DNA of 56,069 nucleotides from Gemmatimonadales bacterium (GTDB lineage: Bacteria; Gemmatimonadota; Gemmatimonadetes; Gemmatimonadales; GWC2-71-9). The position numbers and the translations under genes were made by a program. This document shows positions 17,575 through 27,420 of this stretch, in pieces. The stretch is from the NCBI GenBank assembly GCA_025928645.1, contig JAICJD010000003.1:1-56069 (forward strand), written 5' to 3'. The notes under the pieces are model-generated. The model searched no databases. It had not been told where the DNA came from and saw only the letters and a program-made list of their open reading frames with translations. Each line of letters starts with the position of its first letter. Position 1 is the first letter of the stretch.

Positions 17575-19659
17575 ATGTCCTCGAACCGTCTCGCCGGCGC
17601 CGCCTCCGCCTACCTCCGCTCGGCCGCCCACCAGCCGATCCACTGGTTTCCCTGGGGTGACGAGCCGTTCGCCGCCGCGCGCGCGGCCGACAAGCCCGTG
17701 CTGCTCGACATCGGCGCGGTGTGGTGCCACTGGTGCCACGTGATGGATGGCGAATCCTACGAGAACCCCGAGCTGGCCCGATTTCTCAACGAGCACTTCG
17801 TCTGCGTCAAGGTGGATCGCGACGAACGCCCCGACGTCGATACCCGCTACCAGCGGGCCGTCCAGGCGCTGAGCCGCCAGGGTGGCTGGCCGCTGACGGC
17901 GTTCCTCACGCCCGATGGCGAAGTGTTCTATGGGGGCACCTATTTCCCGCCGGACGGCGCCCACGGGCGGCCCGGGTTCCGGACCGTGCTGGAGAGCGTG
18001 CTCGAGGCGTACCGCACCCGCCGGCCGCAGGTGCAGTCGCAGGCCGACGCCGTGCGCCGGGTCGTGGGAGCGGACCTGAACGAATCGGCGTCAGGCGAGC
18101 CGTCGGTGCGAATGATCGAAGATGCGGTCGCCGGGATGGAGCGGGTATTCGATCCGGTCAACGGCGGGTTTGGCCGGAGCCCCAAGTTCCCCCATCCCGG
18201 CGCGATGCTGCTCCTGCTTCACCGCTGGTGGGACGCGCCGGCCGAGATGAGGCGGACGATCCTCGATCGCACCCTGCAGGGCATGGCGCGAGGTGGAGTG
18301 TACGACCAGCTTGGCGGCGGCTTCCACCGCTACAGCGTGGACGCGGAGTGGATCGTCCCGCACTTCGAGAAGATGTCGTACGACAACTCCGAGCTCCTCA
18401 GGGCCTACGCCGAGGCGTACGCCCTGTTCGGGACCGAGACGTACGCGGCGACCGCGCGCGGCATCATCCGCTGGGTCCGGGAGGTGGCGGCGGATCCCGA
18501 GGGCGGCTATGCGGCGAGCCAGGACGCCGACGTGGGGCTCGACGACGACGGCGACTACTTCACCTGGACCCGCGAGGAGGCCGCGGCCGTACTCGAGCCC
18601 GACGAGCTCGAGGTGGCGTCCGCCTACTATGACATCGGCACCGCCGGCGAGATGCACCACAACCCGTCGAAGAACGTGCTGTTCGTCGCGGCGACGACCG
18701 AAGCCATCGTCGCGCGCCAGGGACGGACCGAGGCCGACGTCCGCCGCCTGCTCGAGCAGGCCCGGCGCAGCCTGCTGGCCGCGCGGGAGCGCCGTCCCGC
18801 GCCGTTCGTGGACCGCTCCCGCTACACCAACTGGAACGCCATGATGGCCTCGGCGATGCTTCGCGCCGGCGCGATCCTGGGCGACGGCCCCGCCCGCGAC
18901 CACGCGCTCCGCACGCTCGAGCGCCTTCGCGCGGAGCGGATCGCGGAGGATGCGGTGGCCCACACCCCCGGCGGGATTGCCGGGCTGCTCGACGACCAGG
19001 TGCAGGTGGCCGCGGCGGCGCTCGACGCGTTCGAGACCACGGGCGAGCCCGGCTGGCTCGACTGGGCCGCGCGGATCATGGACCGCGTGTGGACCGATTA
19101 CCTCGACGAGGAACACGGCGGCCTGTTCGACACCGCGCGGGGCCGGGGCGCCGAGCCGGGTCTGCTCCCCGCGCGGGCCAAACCGATCGAGGACAGCCCC
19201 ACGCCCTCGCCGAACGGCGTAGCGGGCATCGTCCTGGCGCGGCTTCACGAGCTCACCGCCGACCCGCGGTGGCGGGAGCGCGGCCAGGCGCTGGTGCGCG
19301 CGTTCGCGGGCCGGGGGGCGGAGCTCGGCCTCTACGCCGCCACCTATCTCCTCGCGGTGGATTGGCAGGTGCAGCCGGCGACCCACCTCGTCGTCGTGGG
19401 GGCCCGCGCCGACGCCGTGGCCGACCGGATGCATGCCGAGGCGCTGGCGACGTTCGTTCCCCGGCGCGTGATCCGGCGGCTCACGCCCGAGGACGCCGCC
19501 ACGCAGGCGCTGCCGCCGGCCATGGCCGGCATGATGACGGCGTCCGCCGGTGCCCGGGGCTATGCCTGCACCGGGACCAGCTGCCGGGCGCCGGCCGACA
19601 GCGTCGAAGGCTGGCGGCGCACCCTGGGCGAGCTGCGCGAGGCCGCGAGCGCCGCGTGA
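17575..19659 (+). CDS. YyaL/SSP411 thioredoxin-domain protein
   Basis: NRLA...SAYL, WCHWCHVM, KVDRDERPD, GGWPLT, PKFP, PHFEKM. Confidence 0.9.
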   Translation: MSSNRLAGAASAYLRSAAHQPIHWFPWGDEPFAAARAADKPVLLDIGAVWCHWCHVMDGESYENPELARFLNEHFVCVKVDRDERPDVDTRYQRAVQALSRQGGWPLTAFLTPDGEVFYGGTYFPPDGAHGRPGFRTVLESVLEAYRTRRPQVQSQADAVRRVVGADLNESASGEPSVRMIEDAVAGMERVFDPVNGGFGRSPKFPHPGAMLLLLHRWWDAPAEMRRTILDRTLQGMARGGVYDQLGGGFHRYSVDAEWIVPHFEKMSYDNSELLRAYAEAYALFGTETYAATARGIIRWVREVAADPEGGYAASQDADVGLDDDGDYFTWTREEAAAVLEPDELEVASAYYDIGTAGEMHHNPSKNVLFVAATTEAIVARQGRTEADVRRLLEQARRSLLAARERRPAPFVDRSRYTNWNAMMASAMLRAGAILGDGPARDHALRTLERLRAERIAEDAVAHTPGGIAGLLDDQVQVAAAALDAFETTGEPGWLDWAARIMDRVWTDYLDEEHGGLFDTARGRGAEPGLLPARAKPIEDSPTPSPNGVAGIVLARLHELTADPRWRERGQALVRAFAGRGAELGLYAATYLLAVDWQVQPATHLVVVGARADAVADRMHAEALATFVPRRVIRRLTPEDAATQALPPAMAGMMTASAGARGYACTGTSCRAPADSVEGWRRTLGELREAASAA

Positions 19660-22535
19660 CGTTCGACCCGTCGCCCGCGCAGCGCCAGGCGATCGAGTCG
19701 CCGCTCGGACCGGTGCTCGTCGTCGCGGGGCCGGGTGCCGGGAAAACGTATTGCCTCATCGCGCGCATCGCGCGGCTGATCGCGTGGCACGGTCTCGACC
19801 CGCGCCGCATCTGCGCCGTCACCTTCACCAACAAGGCCGCGGACGAGATCGCGGCGCGGCTCCTGCGCGAGATCGGGCCGCTGGCCGACGAGGTCACCCG
19901 CGGCACCCTCCACGCGCTCTGCTTTGCGCTGCTGCGCGACCACGCGGCCGCCGCGGGGCTGCGGCGCGGGTTCGGCATCGCCGACGATGACTACCAGCGC
20001 CGGGTGCTCCGGCGGCTCCGGGTCCGCTCGGAGCGTCACGGAGCGCTGCTGCAGGCGTTCGGGCGTCACCGGCTGCAGCACGTGCCGCTCACCGGCGGCG
20101 ACGACGAGCTGTTCCGGGCCTACGCCGAGGCCCTCCGGGTCCGGAATCTCCTGGACTACGACGATCTCATCGCCCGGACCGGCGAGGTGCTCCGGACCCG
20201 CGCGGACCTGCGTGCCGAGCTGGGCCGCCGCTGGGACTACGTGCTGGTGGACGAATTCCAGGACCTGAGCCTGGCCCAGTACGAGGTGGTGACCGCGCTG
20301 GCCGGACGCGAGCGCAACTGCTTCGCCGTCGGGGACGACGAGCAGTCGATCTTCTCCTGGACCGGCGCCGACCCGGCCATCCTCGGCCGCTTCCGCGACG
20401 ACTTCGGCATCGAGGCGCCGATCATCCTCGATCTCAACCGCCGCTGCTCCCGGCAGATCTTCGAGACCGCGCGCCGGCTGGTGACCCGGAACCCCGGCCT
20501 GTTCGAGAAGCAGCTCGAAGCGACCCGGGAGTCGGAGCACTGCGTCACCGCCCAGACCTTCACCGACGAGTCCTGCGAGGCCGAGTGGGTGGTCTCGGAC
20601 CTGCTGCGCGACCGCAGCGCCACCGGCCTCGACTGGGGCGACTACGGGGTGCTCTACCGCTCCCACCGCATCGGCCAGCGGCTCGAGACCCGGTTCATCG
20701 AGGCCGGCGTGCCGTGTCTCATGGCCCGGGGACAGGCGCTCATGGATGACGAGCTGGTGGGCGCGGTCGTGGCGAGCCTCCGCATTATCCAGGCGCCCGA
20801 CGATCCGCTACCGGTCGAAGCCTTCGCCGAGCAGGTGCTGCCCCCGGAACTGGTCCAGCGGGTGCGGGCCGGCCACCGCGGGTCCGAGCTGCTGACCGCG
20901 CTCCGGGTCTTCGCCCGCACCAACCGCGGTGATCCCGACGCCCGGGTGGCGTGGCGCTTCGTCTTCCACGTCGAGAACCTCGCCGGTCTCAGCCGCACCC
21001 ACGACACGCTCGCCGACCTGGTGGACGGGCTCCTCTCCGAGCGGGTGGGCCGCTACCGCAACCCCCTGGACGAGCGCGCGGCCGAACTCAGCGACCCGGC
21101 CGAGGCGCCCGGCGCGGCGCACCTGGCCGACCGTCTGCGCGAGACGCGCGACGCCGGCGGCACGGTCTGGCTCGAGCCCGACCGGGGCGTGGACCTCGCG
21201 CTGCTTCCCATGCTGCGCGCCGTCGTCGGCGACCGGGTCCATCGGCTGGATCCCCGCGCTCGACCCGCGCCGGGCGATCTCATCCTCCGCGCGGGCGGCG
21301 CGCGGCCGCTGCTGGTCTTCAAGGCGCTGCAGCTGCTCCAGTGCCGCGGGCTCACCGACCCGCTGCAGGACTACGTCGCGTTCGACCTGGAGACCACGGA
21401 GATGGACGCCGGCGCGTGCGACGTCGTGGAGCTCGCGGCCGTGCGGGTCCGGGGGCGCGTCATCGTCGACCAGTTCCAGCGGCTGGTGCGCCCGTCGCGG
21501 CCGATCAGCCCGCGTGCGAGCGCGGTGCACGGCTACCGTGACACCGACGTGTGCGATCAACCCACGCTCGCGGAGGTCTGGCCCGAGTTCCGCGCCTTCG
21601 TGGGCGACGACCTGCTGGTGGCGCACAACGGGTACACCTTCGACGTGCCGGTGCTCCGCCGTCTCGCCGCCGAGCTGGCGGGCGTGGACGACCTGGTGTT
21701 CTTCGACACGCTGCCGCTGGTCCGCTCGCTTCTGGATGACAGCGCGCGCCTGGAGGACCTGGCCCATCGCTTCGGCGTGGCGCGGGGCCGCTCGCACCAC
21801 GCGCTGGACGACGCCGGCACCCTGGTCGGCGTCACCCGCCACCTGGGCGAGCTTCGGCTGGTGCGCGCGCGCAAGACGGCGCTGGTGCATCTGCTCGGCT
21901 GGCTCGGGCTGGCGCTGGCGCTGGACGCGCCCGCCGAGCCCACGGCGGAGGAGCGTCTGCTCCGCGACCTCGCGGTGCCCGCCGCGCTGGGCCGGTACAG
22001 CGGGTGCCTCGAGGCGTACGCCGAGCAGGCCGCCGGGACCGACGCGCCGGCGGCGGACGAGGTGGTCGAGCGCCTCGGCGGCGGCCGGCTGCTCGAGCGC
22101 CTGCGACGGGAGCGCCCGGTCGCCGAGCGTTACCCGACCAGTGCGGCCCGCCTCGCCGCGCTGGTCGAGGCCAGCGCTGCTCCGACGCTCGCGGAGAGCA
22201 TCGCGCTGCTGCTGGGCCGCGTGGCGCTGTCGCGGAGCGACGGCGCGGGCACGGATCATCACCGCGTCAGCCTGCTCACGCTCCACGCGACGAAAGGGCT
22301 CGAGTTCTCCCGGGTGTACATCGTGGGCGTCGAGGACGGCCAGCTGCCCGGCGGGCTCACCCTGGAGCACGACGATCTGGCCGGCCTGCAGGAGGCGCGG
22401 CGCCTGCTCTACGTCGGGATGACGCGGGCGAAGGACCGGCTGGTGCTGACGCGCGCGGTGCAGCGCGAGGGCCGGCCGACGGGCGGCGATCTCTTTCTGC
22501 AGGAGGCCGGGCTCGCCGCCACGGTGTTAGATTAG
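19656..22535 (+). CDS. UvrD/Rep helicase with internal DEDDh 3'-5' exonuclease domain
   Basis: Helicase motifs AGPGAGKT, TFTNKAA, VDEFQD, VGDDEQSIF, TLHATKGLEF, LYVGMTRAK. Exonuclease motifs FDLETT, AHNGYTFD and HHALDDA at about 21369-21850. Confidence 0.88.
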   Translation: MTFDPSPAQRQAIESPLGPVLVVAGPGAGKTYCLIARIARLIAWHGLDPRRICAVTFTNKAADEIAARLLREIGPLADEVTRGTLHALCFALLRDHAAAAGLRRGFGIADDDYQRRVLRRLRVRSERHGALLQAFGRHRLQHVPLTGGDDELFRAYAEALRVRNLLDYDDLIARTGEVLRTRADLRAELGRRWDYVLVDEFQDLSLAQYEVVTALAGRERNCFAVGDDEQSIFSWTGADPAILGRFRDDFGIEAPIILDLNRRCSRQIFETARRLVTRNPGLFEKQLEATRESEHCVTAQTFTDESCEAEWVVSDLLRDRSATGLDWGDYGVLYRSHRIGQRLETRFIEAGVPCLMARGQALMDDELVGAVVASLRIIQAPDDPLPVEAFAEQVLPPELVQRVRAGHRGSELLTALRVFARTNRGDPDARVAWRFVFHVENLAGLSRTHDTLADLVDGLLSERVGRYRNPLDERAAELSDPAEAPGAAHLADRLRETRDAGGTVWLEPDRGVDLALLPMLRAVVGDRVHRLDPRARPAPGDLILRAGGARPLLVFKALQLLQCRGLTDPLQDYVAFDLETTEMDAGACDVVELAAVRVRGRVIVDQFQRLVRPSRPISPRASAVHGYRDTDVCDQPTLAEVWPEFRAFVGDDLLVAHNGYTFDVPVLRRLAAELAGVDDLVFFDTLPLVRSLLDDSARLEDLAHRFGVARGRSHHALDDAGTLVGVTRHLGELRLVRARKTALVHLLGWLGLALALDAPAEPTAEERLLRDLAVPAALGRYSGCLEAYAEQAAGTDAPAADEVVERLGGGRLLERLRRERPVAERYPTSAARLAALVEASAAPTLAESIALLLGRVALSRSDGAGTDHHRVSLLTLHATKGLEFSRVYIVGVEDGQLPGGLTLEHDDLAGLQEARRLLYVGMTRAKDRLVLTRAVQREGRPTGGDLFLQEAGLAATVLD

Positions 22536-22562
22536 CCCGCGGACCCCATCCGGAGTTACTGC

Positions 22563-23012
22563 GTGGCCAAGACCGCAACCATCGTGACGAGCAAGGGCAC
22601 CATCGTCGCCGACCTGTTCGACGCCGAAACGCCCGACACCGTGGCGAATTTCGAGAAGCTCGCCAACAGCGAGTTCTACGACGGTACCCGATTCCACCGC
22701 GTGATCGACAACTTCATGATCCAGGGCGGCGACCCGCTGTCCAAGGACCCGAACAATCCGCGCGTCGGCACCGGCGGCCCCGGATACCAGATCAAGTGCG
22801 AGACCCACCTCAATACGCACAAGCATGTGGCGGGCACGCTGTCCATGGCGCACGCGGGCAAGGACACCGGCGGCAGCCAGTTCTTCATCTGCCACGCGCC
22901 GCAGCCGCACCTCGACCGGGTGCACACCGTGTTCGGCCAGGTCCGCGAGGGCATGAACGTCGTGAACAGCATCAAGAAGAACGACGTCATCACCTCGATC
23001 CGGGTGGCGTGA
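22563..23012 (+). CDS. Cyclophilin-type peptidyl-prolyl isomerase
   Basis: [46 protein letters not shown]. Confidence 0.92.
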   Translation: MAKTATIVTSKGTIVADLFDAETPDTVANFEKLANSEFYDGTRFHRVIDNFMIQGGDPLSKDPNNPRVGTGGPGYQIKCETHLNTHKHVAGTLSMAHAGKDTGGSQFFICHAPQPHLDRVHTVFGQVREGMNVVNSIKKNDVITSIRVA

Positions 23013-23013
23013 C

Positions 23014-23412
23014 CTGCACCTCGACTTCGCCATCGTCGCCGATTACGCCCTGATCGACCAGCAGGGCAAGCTCAGCGTGCTGGGCATGTTCCAGCACGTC
23101 TGGCTCACCAGCTTTCCGTCGGTCTGCCCCCGCACGCATCTCGTGCTCCGGGTGCGCGGACGCCGCACCGAGATCGGCGTCCACTCCATCCGCATCCGGT
23201 TCGTAGACGAGGCCGGGACCGAGCTGCTCGGCGGCGAGGGCACCGTGCAGTTCGGCGAGCCGCCCGCCGGTGTGGTGGACGTGGAAGCCGGAGCGGTGCT
23301 GGTGTTCGACGTGCCGCTTCCCCGACCCGGCACCTACGCGTTCGAGATCTCGCTCGACGGCGAGGTGTCGACCCGCGTCCCCCTGACCGCCGGATACGCG
23401 CAGCCTACCTGA
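23014..23412 (+). CDS. Conserved hypothetical beta-rich protein (DUF6941-like)
   Basis: LHLDFAIVADYA...GKLSVLGMF...PGTYAFEI. The coding pattern extends upstream of the track's GTG 23077 to a CTG at 23014. Start uncertain. Confidence 0.65.
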   Translation: MHLDFAIVADYALIDQQGKLSVLGMFQHVWLTSFPSVCPRTHLVLRVRGRRTEIGVHSIRIRFVDEAGTELLGGEGTVQFGEPPAGVVDVEAGAVLVFDVPLPRPGTYAFEISLDGEVSTRVPLTAGYAQPT

Positions 23413-23428
23413 CCCGCCCGGAGCTCCG

Positions 23429-24010
23429 ATGGCCCTCGACCGCGACCGCGCACTCGCCCTGATGCACGAGTATACGGCGTCCGATGCCCTTCGGAAGCAC
23501 ATGTACGCGGTGGAGCTCGCCATGCGGGCGATGGCCCGGCGGGCGGGTGAGGACGAGAACGCGTGGGGTCTGGTGGGCCTGCTGCACGACTTCGACTACG
23601 AGCGCTTTCCCAACGCGGCGCACGCCGCCACCGAGGAGCATCCGGCCGAGGGCGTCCGCCTCCTCACCGCCGACGGGCTGCCCGAGGCGAGCGGCCGGGC
23701 CATCCTGGGGCATGCCTCCTACACCGGCGTCCCGCGCGACAGCGCCATGGCCAAGGCGCTGTTCGCCGTGGACGAGCTGTGCGGGTTCCTGGTGGCGTGC
23801 GCCCTGGTGCGCCCGTCGCGGAGTCTCCGCGATCTGGAGGTCTCGAGCGTCAAGAAGAAGCTCAAGGACAAGGCGTTCGCGCGCGGCGTGAGCCGGGACG
23901 ATGTGACGCAGGGCGCCGCCGAGATCGGCGTGCCGCTCGACGAGCACATCGCGTTCGTGCTGGAGGCCCTCCGGCCCCACGAGCACGCGCTCGGCCTCGG
24001 CGGCGCATGA
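23429..24010 (+). CDS. HD-domain hydrolase
   Basis: LRKH...GLLHDFDYE...H...AVDELCG...LKDKAFARGVSR. Confidence 0.85.
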   Translation: MALDRDRALALMHEYTASDALRKHMYAVELAMRAMARRAGEDENAWGLVGLLHDFDYERFPNAAHAATEEHPAEGVRLLTADGLPEASGRAILGHASYTGVPRDSAMAKALFAVDELCGFLVACALVRPSRSLRDLEVSSVKKKLKDKAFARGVSRDDVTQGAAEIGVPLDEHIAFVLEALRPHEHALGLGGA

Positions 24011-25422
24011 CCGGCGCTCCGGCCGCCGGCGCCGGCGGGGTCGACGCCGAGCAGTCGGTCGCGAGCGCGATCAACCGCGCCGCCGGCGGCCGGCCCATCC
24101 CCGGCAACAAGGTGGACCTGCTCATCGACGGGCCCGCCGCCTACGACGCGATGCTCGAGACCATCGCCGGCGCCACCCGCTGGATCCACTTCGAGAATTA
24201 CATCATCCGGGCGGACAGCGCGGGGAAGCGGTTTGCCGATCTGCTGGCCCGGCGCGCCCTCGAAGGCGTGCACGTGCGCGTGCTGTACGACGGGCTCGGC
24301 AGCTTCGCCACGCCCCGGTCGTTCTGGCGGTCGCTCCGGAAGGCAGGCGTCGAGGTCCGGGCCTTCCGCCCGCTCTCCGCGCTCGATCTGGTCCCCAACT
24401 TCTCGCGCAATCACCGGAAGCTGGTCGTGGCCGACGGCTCGCGCGCGGTGATCGGAGGGCTCTGCATCGGGTGCGAGTGGACGGGCGAGGAGGCGCGCGA
24501 CCTGGCACCGTGGCGCGACACCGCCGTGCAGGTGGCCGGCCCCGCGGCTGCGGTGCTGGACCAGGCGTTCGGCCGCACGTGGGAGCTTGCCGGCGGCCGG
24601 CTGCCCGACGAGGACGTGGCCGGCCGGGTCGCCCCCCAGGGCGACGCCGAGGTCCGGGTCATCCGCGGGGAGCCGGGCCGGGAGCGCACCTATCGGGTGA
24701 TCGAGCTGCTCGCCGCCGGCAGCATCAACCGGCTGTGGATCACCGACGCCTATCTCGTGGCTCCGCCTCGCCTGTTCCAGGCGCTGCGCGACTCGGCCCG
24801 CGACGGGGTGGACGTGCGGCTGCTGGTACCGGGGTCGAGCGACCTCCCGCTAGTGCGCAACCTCTCGCGCATCGGCTACCGCGATCTGCTCCGGAGCGGC
24901 GTCCGGATCTTCGAGTGGGACGGCCCCATGCTTCACGCCAAGACGCTGGTCGCCGACGGGCGGTGGTCCCGCGTCGGGTCGAGTAACCTCAATCCGTCGA
25001 GCCTGCTCGGTAACTGGGAGCTGGACGTGCTGGTCGAGGATGTGGCCCTGGCCGACGCCATGGAGCGCCAGTTCCGCCTGGACGTGGCGCGGAGCCGCGA
25101 GGTCATTCGCCGGCCGGCGCGCGGGCCGCACCGCCTGAGCGCGGCTCTGCCCACCGTGCTCAGCCGCGGGAGCCCGGAGGTCGTGGGCCTGGAGCATCAG
25201 CCGACCGGCCGGGAGCGGCGGCGGCGCGCCGCGCTCGCCCTGCGCGCCCTCATCTCCAACGCGCGCCGATCGATCTTCCTCCCGCTGAGCGCCATGCTCG
25301 TGTCGCTCGGCGCGCTGTTCTTCGCGCTCCCGACCATCACCGCCTACGGCTTCGGGATCCTGTGCGGCTGGCTCGCGATCAGCGCGTGGCGCGAGGCGTT
25401 CAGGCGGCGGGTGGATCGGTAG
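24007..25422 (+). CDS. Cardiolipin synthase-like phospholipase D with C-terminal TM pair
   Basis: Two HKD motifs (NHRKLVVADG, LHAKTLVADG), WRDT, GSSN. ATGA overlap. Confidence 0.87.
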   Translation: MTGAPAAGAGGVDAEQSVASAINRAAGGRPIPGNKVDLLIDGPAAYDAMLETIAGATRWIHFENYIIRADSAGKRFADLLARRALEGVHVRVLYDGLGSFATPRSFWRSLRKAGVEVRAFRPLSALDLVPNFSRNHRKLVVADGSRAVIGGLCIGCEWTGEEARDLAPWRDTAVQVAGPAAAVLDQAFGRTWELAGGRLPDEDVAGRVAPQGDAEVRVIRGEPGRERTYRVIELLAAGSINRLWITDAYLVAPPRLFQALRDSARDGVDVRLLVPGSSDLPLVRNLSRIGYRDLLRSGVRIFEWDGPMLHAKTLVADGRWSRVGSSNLNPSSLLGNWELDVLVEDVALADAMERQFRLDVARSREVIRRPARGPHRLSAALPTVLSRGSPEVVGLEHQPTGRERRRRAALALRALISNARRSIFLPLSAMLVSLGALFFALPTITAYGFGILCGWLAISAWREAFRRRVDR

Positions 25423-25425
25423 GGC

Positions 25426-25496
25426 GGGAGGCGGGCGAGCAGGCGAGCGGGCGAGCGGGCGAGCAGGCAGCGGGCGGGCACGCGAGCGGGCGGCCA
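25426..25496 (+). repeat. Degenerate 8-nt tandem repeat GGCGAGC(A/G)
   Basis: Four exact units at 25434-25465 with degenerate units on either side. Confidence 0.75.
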
Positions 25497-25510
25497 GGAG
25501 CAGCAGCATT

Positions 25511-25598
25511 TTCATCCCGAGCGCAGCGAGGGATCTTGCCGGGCCGAGTTCGGGCCATTCCAGAGCAAGATCGCTCCGCCACTCGGGCTCGGGATGAC
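25511..25598. repeat. REP-like hairpin, family B copy 1
   Basis: TTCATCCCGAGCGCAGCGAGGGATCTTGC ... GCAAGATC...GCTCGGGATGA. Same arms and loop as 34929-35011. Confidence 0.85.
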
Positions 25599-25633
25599 AG
25601 GGTGTGCGTCTCCCGCCTACCGCTCCCCGCCGG

Positions 25634-26047
25634 CTACCGCCGTTTCGCCTGCCTTCTCCGATCGATCTCCTGGACGATCTTGGCGAACCGGTCGCGCTGC
25701 TCGGGGGTGAGGACGGCCTGAATCTCGTCCCGCGTGCGGTGCGCGATCGAGTCGAAACGCGGGCGGGTCTCGGTCATGAGGGCGTGCAGATCGGCCTCGC
25801 GGCGGGTCAGCACGCTGTCGATCCGGGTGTGCTGAGCGGGCGTCAGCTTGAGCTCGCGATCCAGCCGCTCGAGCATCGACGCCTTGACCCCGCCGGACGG
25901 CCTGGGCGGCGGGCCGCCCACGGCAAGGCCGTTCGGCCCATCGTGCCAGCCCATTTCGTGGCGCAGGAAGAAGCCCACCGCCACTCCAGCGGCGAACACC
26001 AGCACGATCACGATGCCGGCGACCAGGCGGGACCGTGGCTCGCTCAT
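25634..26047 (-). CDS. Membrane-anchored Spy/CpxP-like periplasmic protein
   Basis: N-terminal TM and two LTxxQ motifs (LTPAQ, LTPEQ). ATGA overlap. Confidence 0.75.
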   Translation of the reverse strand: MSEPRSRLVAGIVIVLVFAAGVAVGFFLRHEMGWHDGPNGLAVGGPPPRPSGGVKASMLERLDRELKLTPAQHTRIDSVLTRREADLHALMTETRPRFDSIAHRTRDEIQAVLTPEQRDRFAKIVQEIDRRRQAKRR

Positions 26048-26460
26048 CGCGACTCCCACGCGGCCAAGGCATCGGTCCGGCCGTCCTGCACCATGGAGCT
26101 GAACACGGCCTCGTCCGGATAGGCGACGACGACGCGCGCGAGCGCGGCCGTCTCGGGAGCCGCGTCCGTCAAGGAGACCTCCGCGTCGCTCCGCTCCGTC
26201 TGCCACAGCATCGCAGCGGCCGCGAGGATGGCCGCCACGCTCGCCGCCACGGCGACCCGCCGCCACCGCGCCACGACGTCCCACCACTCACCCGCGTCCG
26301 GCCGCGCGGCCGGCAGGCCGGCCGCGGCGGCGATGCGGTCGTGCAGGCGATCCCAGTCCATGGGCCGGGTGCCCGCCGACCCGTCGGCGGACCGGAGCAG
26401 CCGGGCCAGCGCCTCGTCGCGGGGCGGGTCCTCGTCGAGCGACCAATGTGAGGGGTTCAT
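26044..26460 (-). CDS. Putative single-TM anti-sigma factor
   Basis: Coupled to the ECF sigma; one TM (VAVAASVAAILAAAAMLW). Confidence 0.65.
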   Translation of the reverse strand: MNPSHWSLDEDPPRDEALARLLRSADGSAGTRPMDWDRLHDRIAAAAGLPAARPDAGEWWDVVARWRRVAVAASVAAILAAAAMLWQTERSDAEVSLTDAAPETAALARVVVAYPDEAVFSSMVQDGRTDALAAWESR

Positions 26461-27062
26461 CGTGCCGTCTCCTGCAGATGGGCGAGCGTGCCGCGCAGGG
26501 CCTGCCGCGCCTCGTGGAGATACCAGCGCACCGTACCGGGCGAGATGCCGAGCATGCCCGCGATCTCGGCGCCGGAGAACCCGTCCAGCTCGAACAGCTG
26601 GACGACCATGCGCTGCCGCTCGGGAAGCCGCCCGAGCGCTTGCGCCACGCTGGTCCGAAGCGCGTCCTGCTCGGCCGCGGCGGCGGGCCCGGGGTCGCCG
26701 CTGGCGACGCCCGCATCGTCCAGGGCCTCGGTGGCGCGCCGTCCGCGCGATTTGCGGAAGTTGAGCCCGCGCGTCACCACGATGCGGTGGAACCAGGGGC
26801 CGAACCTTCGCCCCGTATCGAAGCTGCCGATATTGGCCAGCGCGGCGAGGAAGGCCTCCTGGACCACGTCCTCGGCATCCTCCCGGTGCCCGAGCACCCG
26901 GAAGGCCACCGCGTATCCGGTGCGCATGTAGCGCCGCACCAGCAGGTCGAACGCCTCGGCCTCGCCCCGTTGGACGCGGGCGATGGCGGCCGCCTCGTGC
27001 GGGTCGGGCGCCTCGGCGGGTGCGGAGTCGTGGCGGGCCTCAGGACCTATCGAGCCCGGCAT
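26457..27062 (-). CDS. ECF sigma-70 factor
   Basis: AEDVVQEAF, FGPWFHRI, LPERQR...GFSGAEIAGMLGISPGTVR. Start approximate. Confidence 0.88.
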   Translation of the reverse strand: MPGSIGPEARHDSAPAEAPDPHEAAAIARVQRGEAEAFDLLVRRYMRTGYAVAFRVLGHREDAEDVVQEAFLAALANIGSFDTGRRFGPWFHRIVVTRGLNFRKSRGRRATEALDDAGVASGDPGPAAAAEQDALRTSVAQALGRLPERQRMVVQLFELDGFSGAEIAGMLGISPGTVRWYLHEARQALRGTLAHLQETAR

Positions 27063-27420
27063 TACGGAGAGTCTCCGGGACCCGCTCGGGCCCCGGACCA
27101 CGGCCGGCTCGGTCGTATCGCGTCCTCGGTCATGATGGATGATGCCACGAAACCTCGTTCGAGTATACAGGCCCCCCGGCGGAAGCGTTGGCCGGGCCTC
27201 GCCAACACTCCGGGCCCCGGCGATGTACTCCCTGCGTCACGAGAGCCCACGGTAGCCGGGGCGGCACCCCAATGCAGTGACCGGATGCGCCAGTGTCCGG
27301 CCGGGGTCCCGGCGCCGTTCTCGCGCCCCGCATCCCGCGACGGCCGGGTTGGCCGGCGAATTCTGTGCTTCGGACCCGTCAGAGCTATTTTCCGCTGTCG
27401 ACCCTGACCCTCGGGATCGC

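Noticed and set aside
19089-19655. Upstream extensions of track ORFs (UvrD, prolyl oligopeptidase, PLD, BBE oxidase, FMO and others)
   Set aside because: They overlap neighbouring genes. Starts were reassigned using stop/start overlaps, RBSs and domain boundaries.
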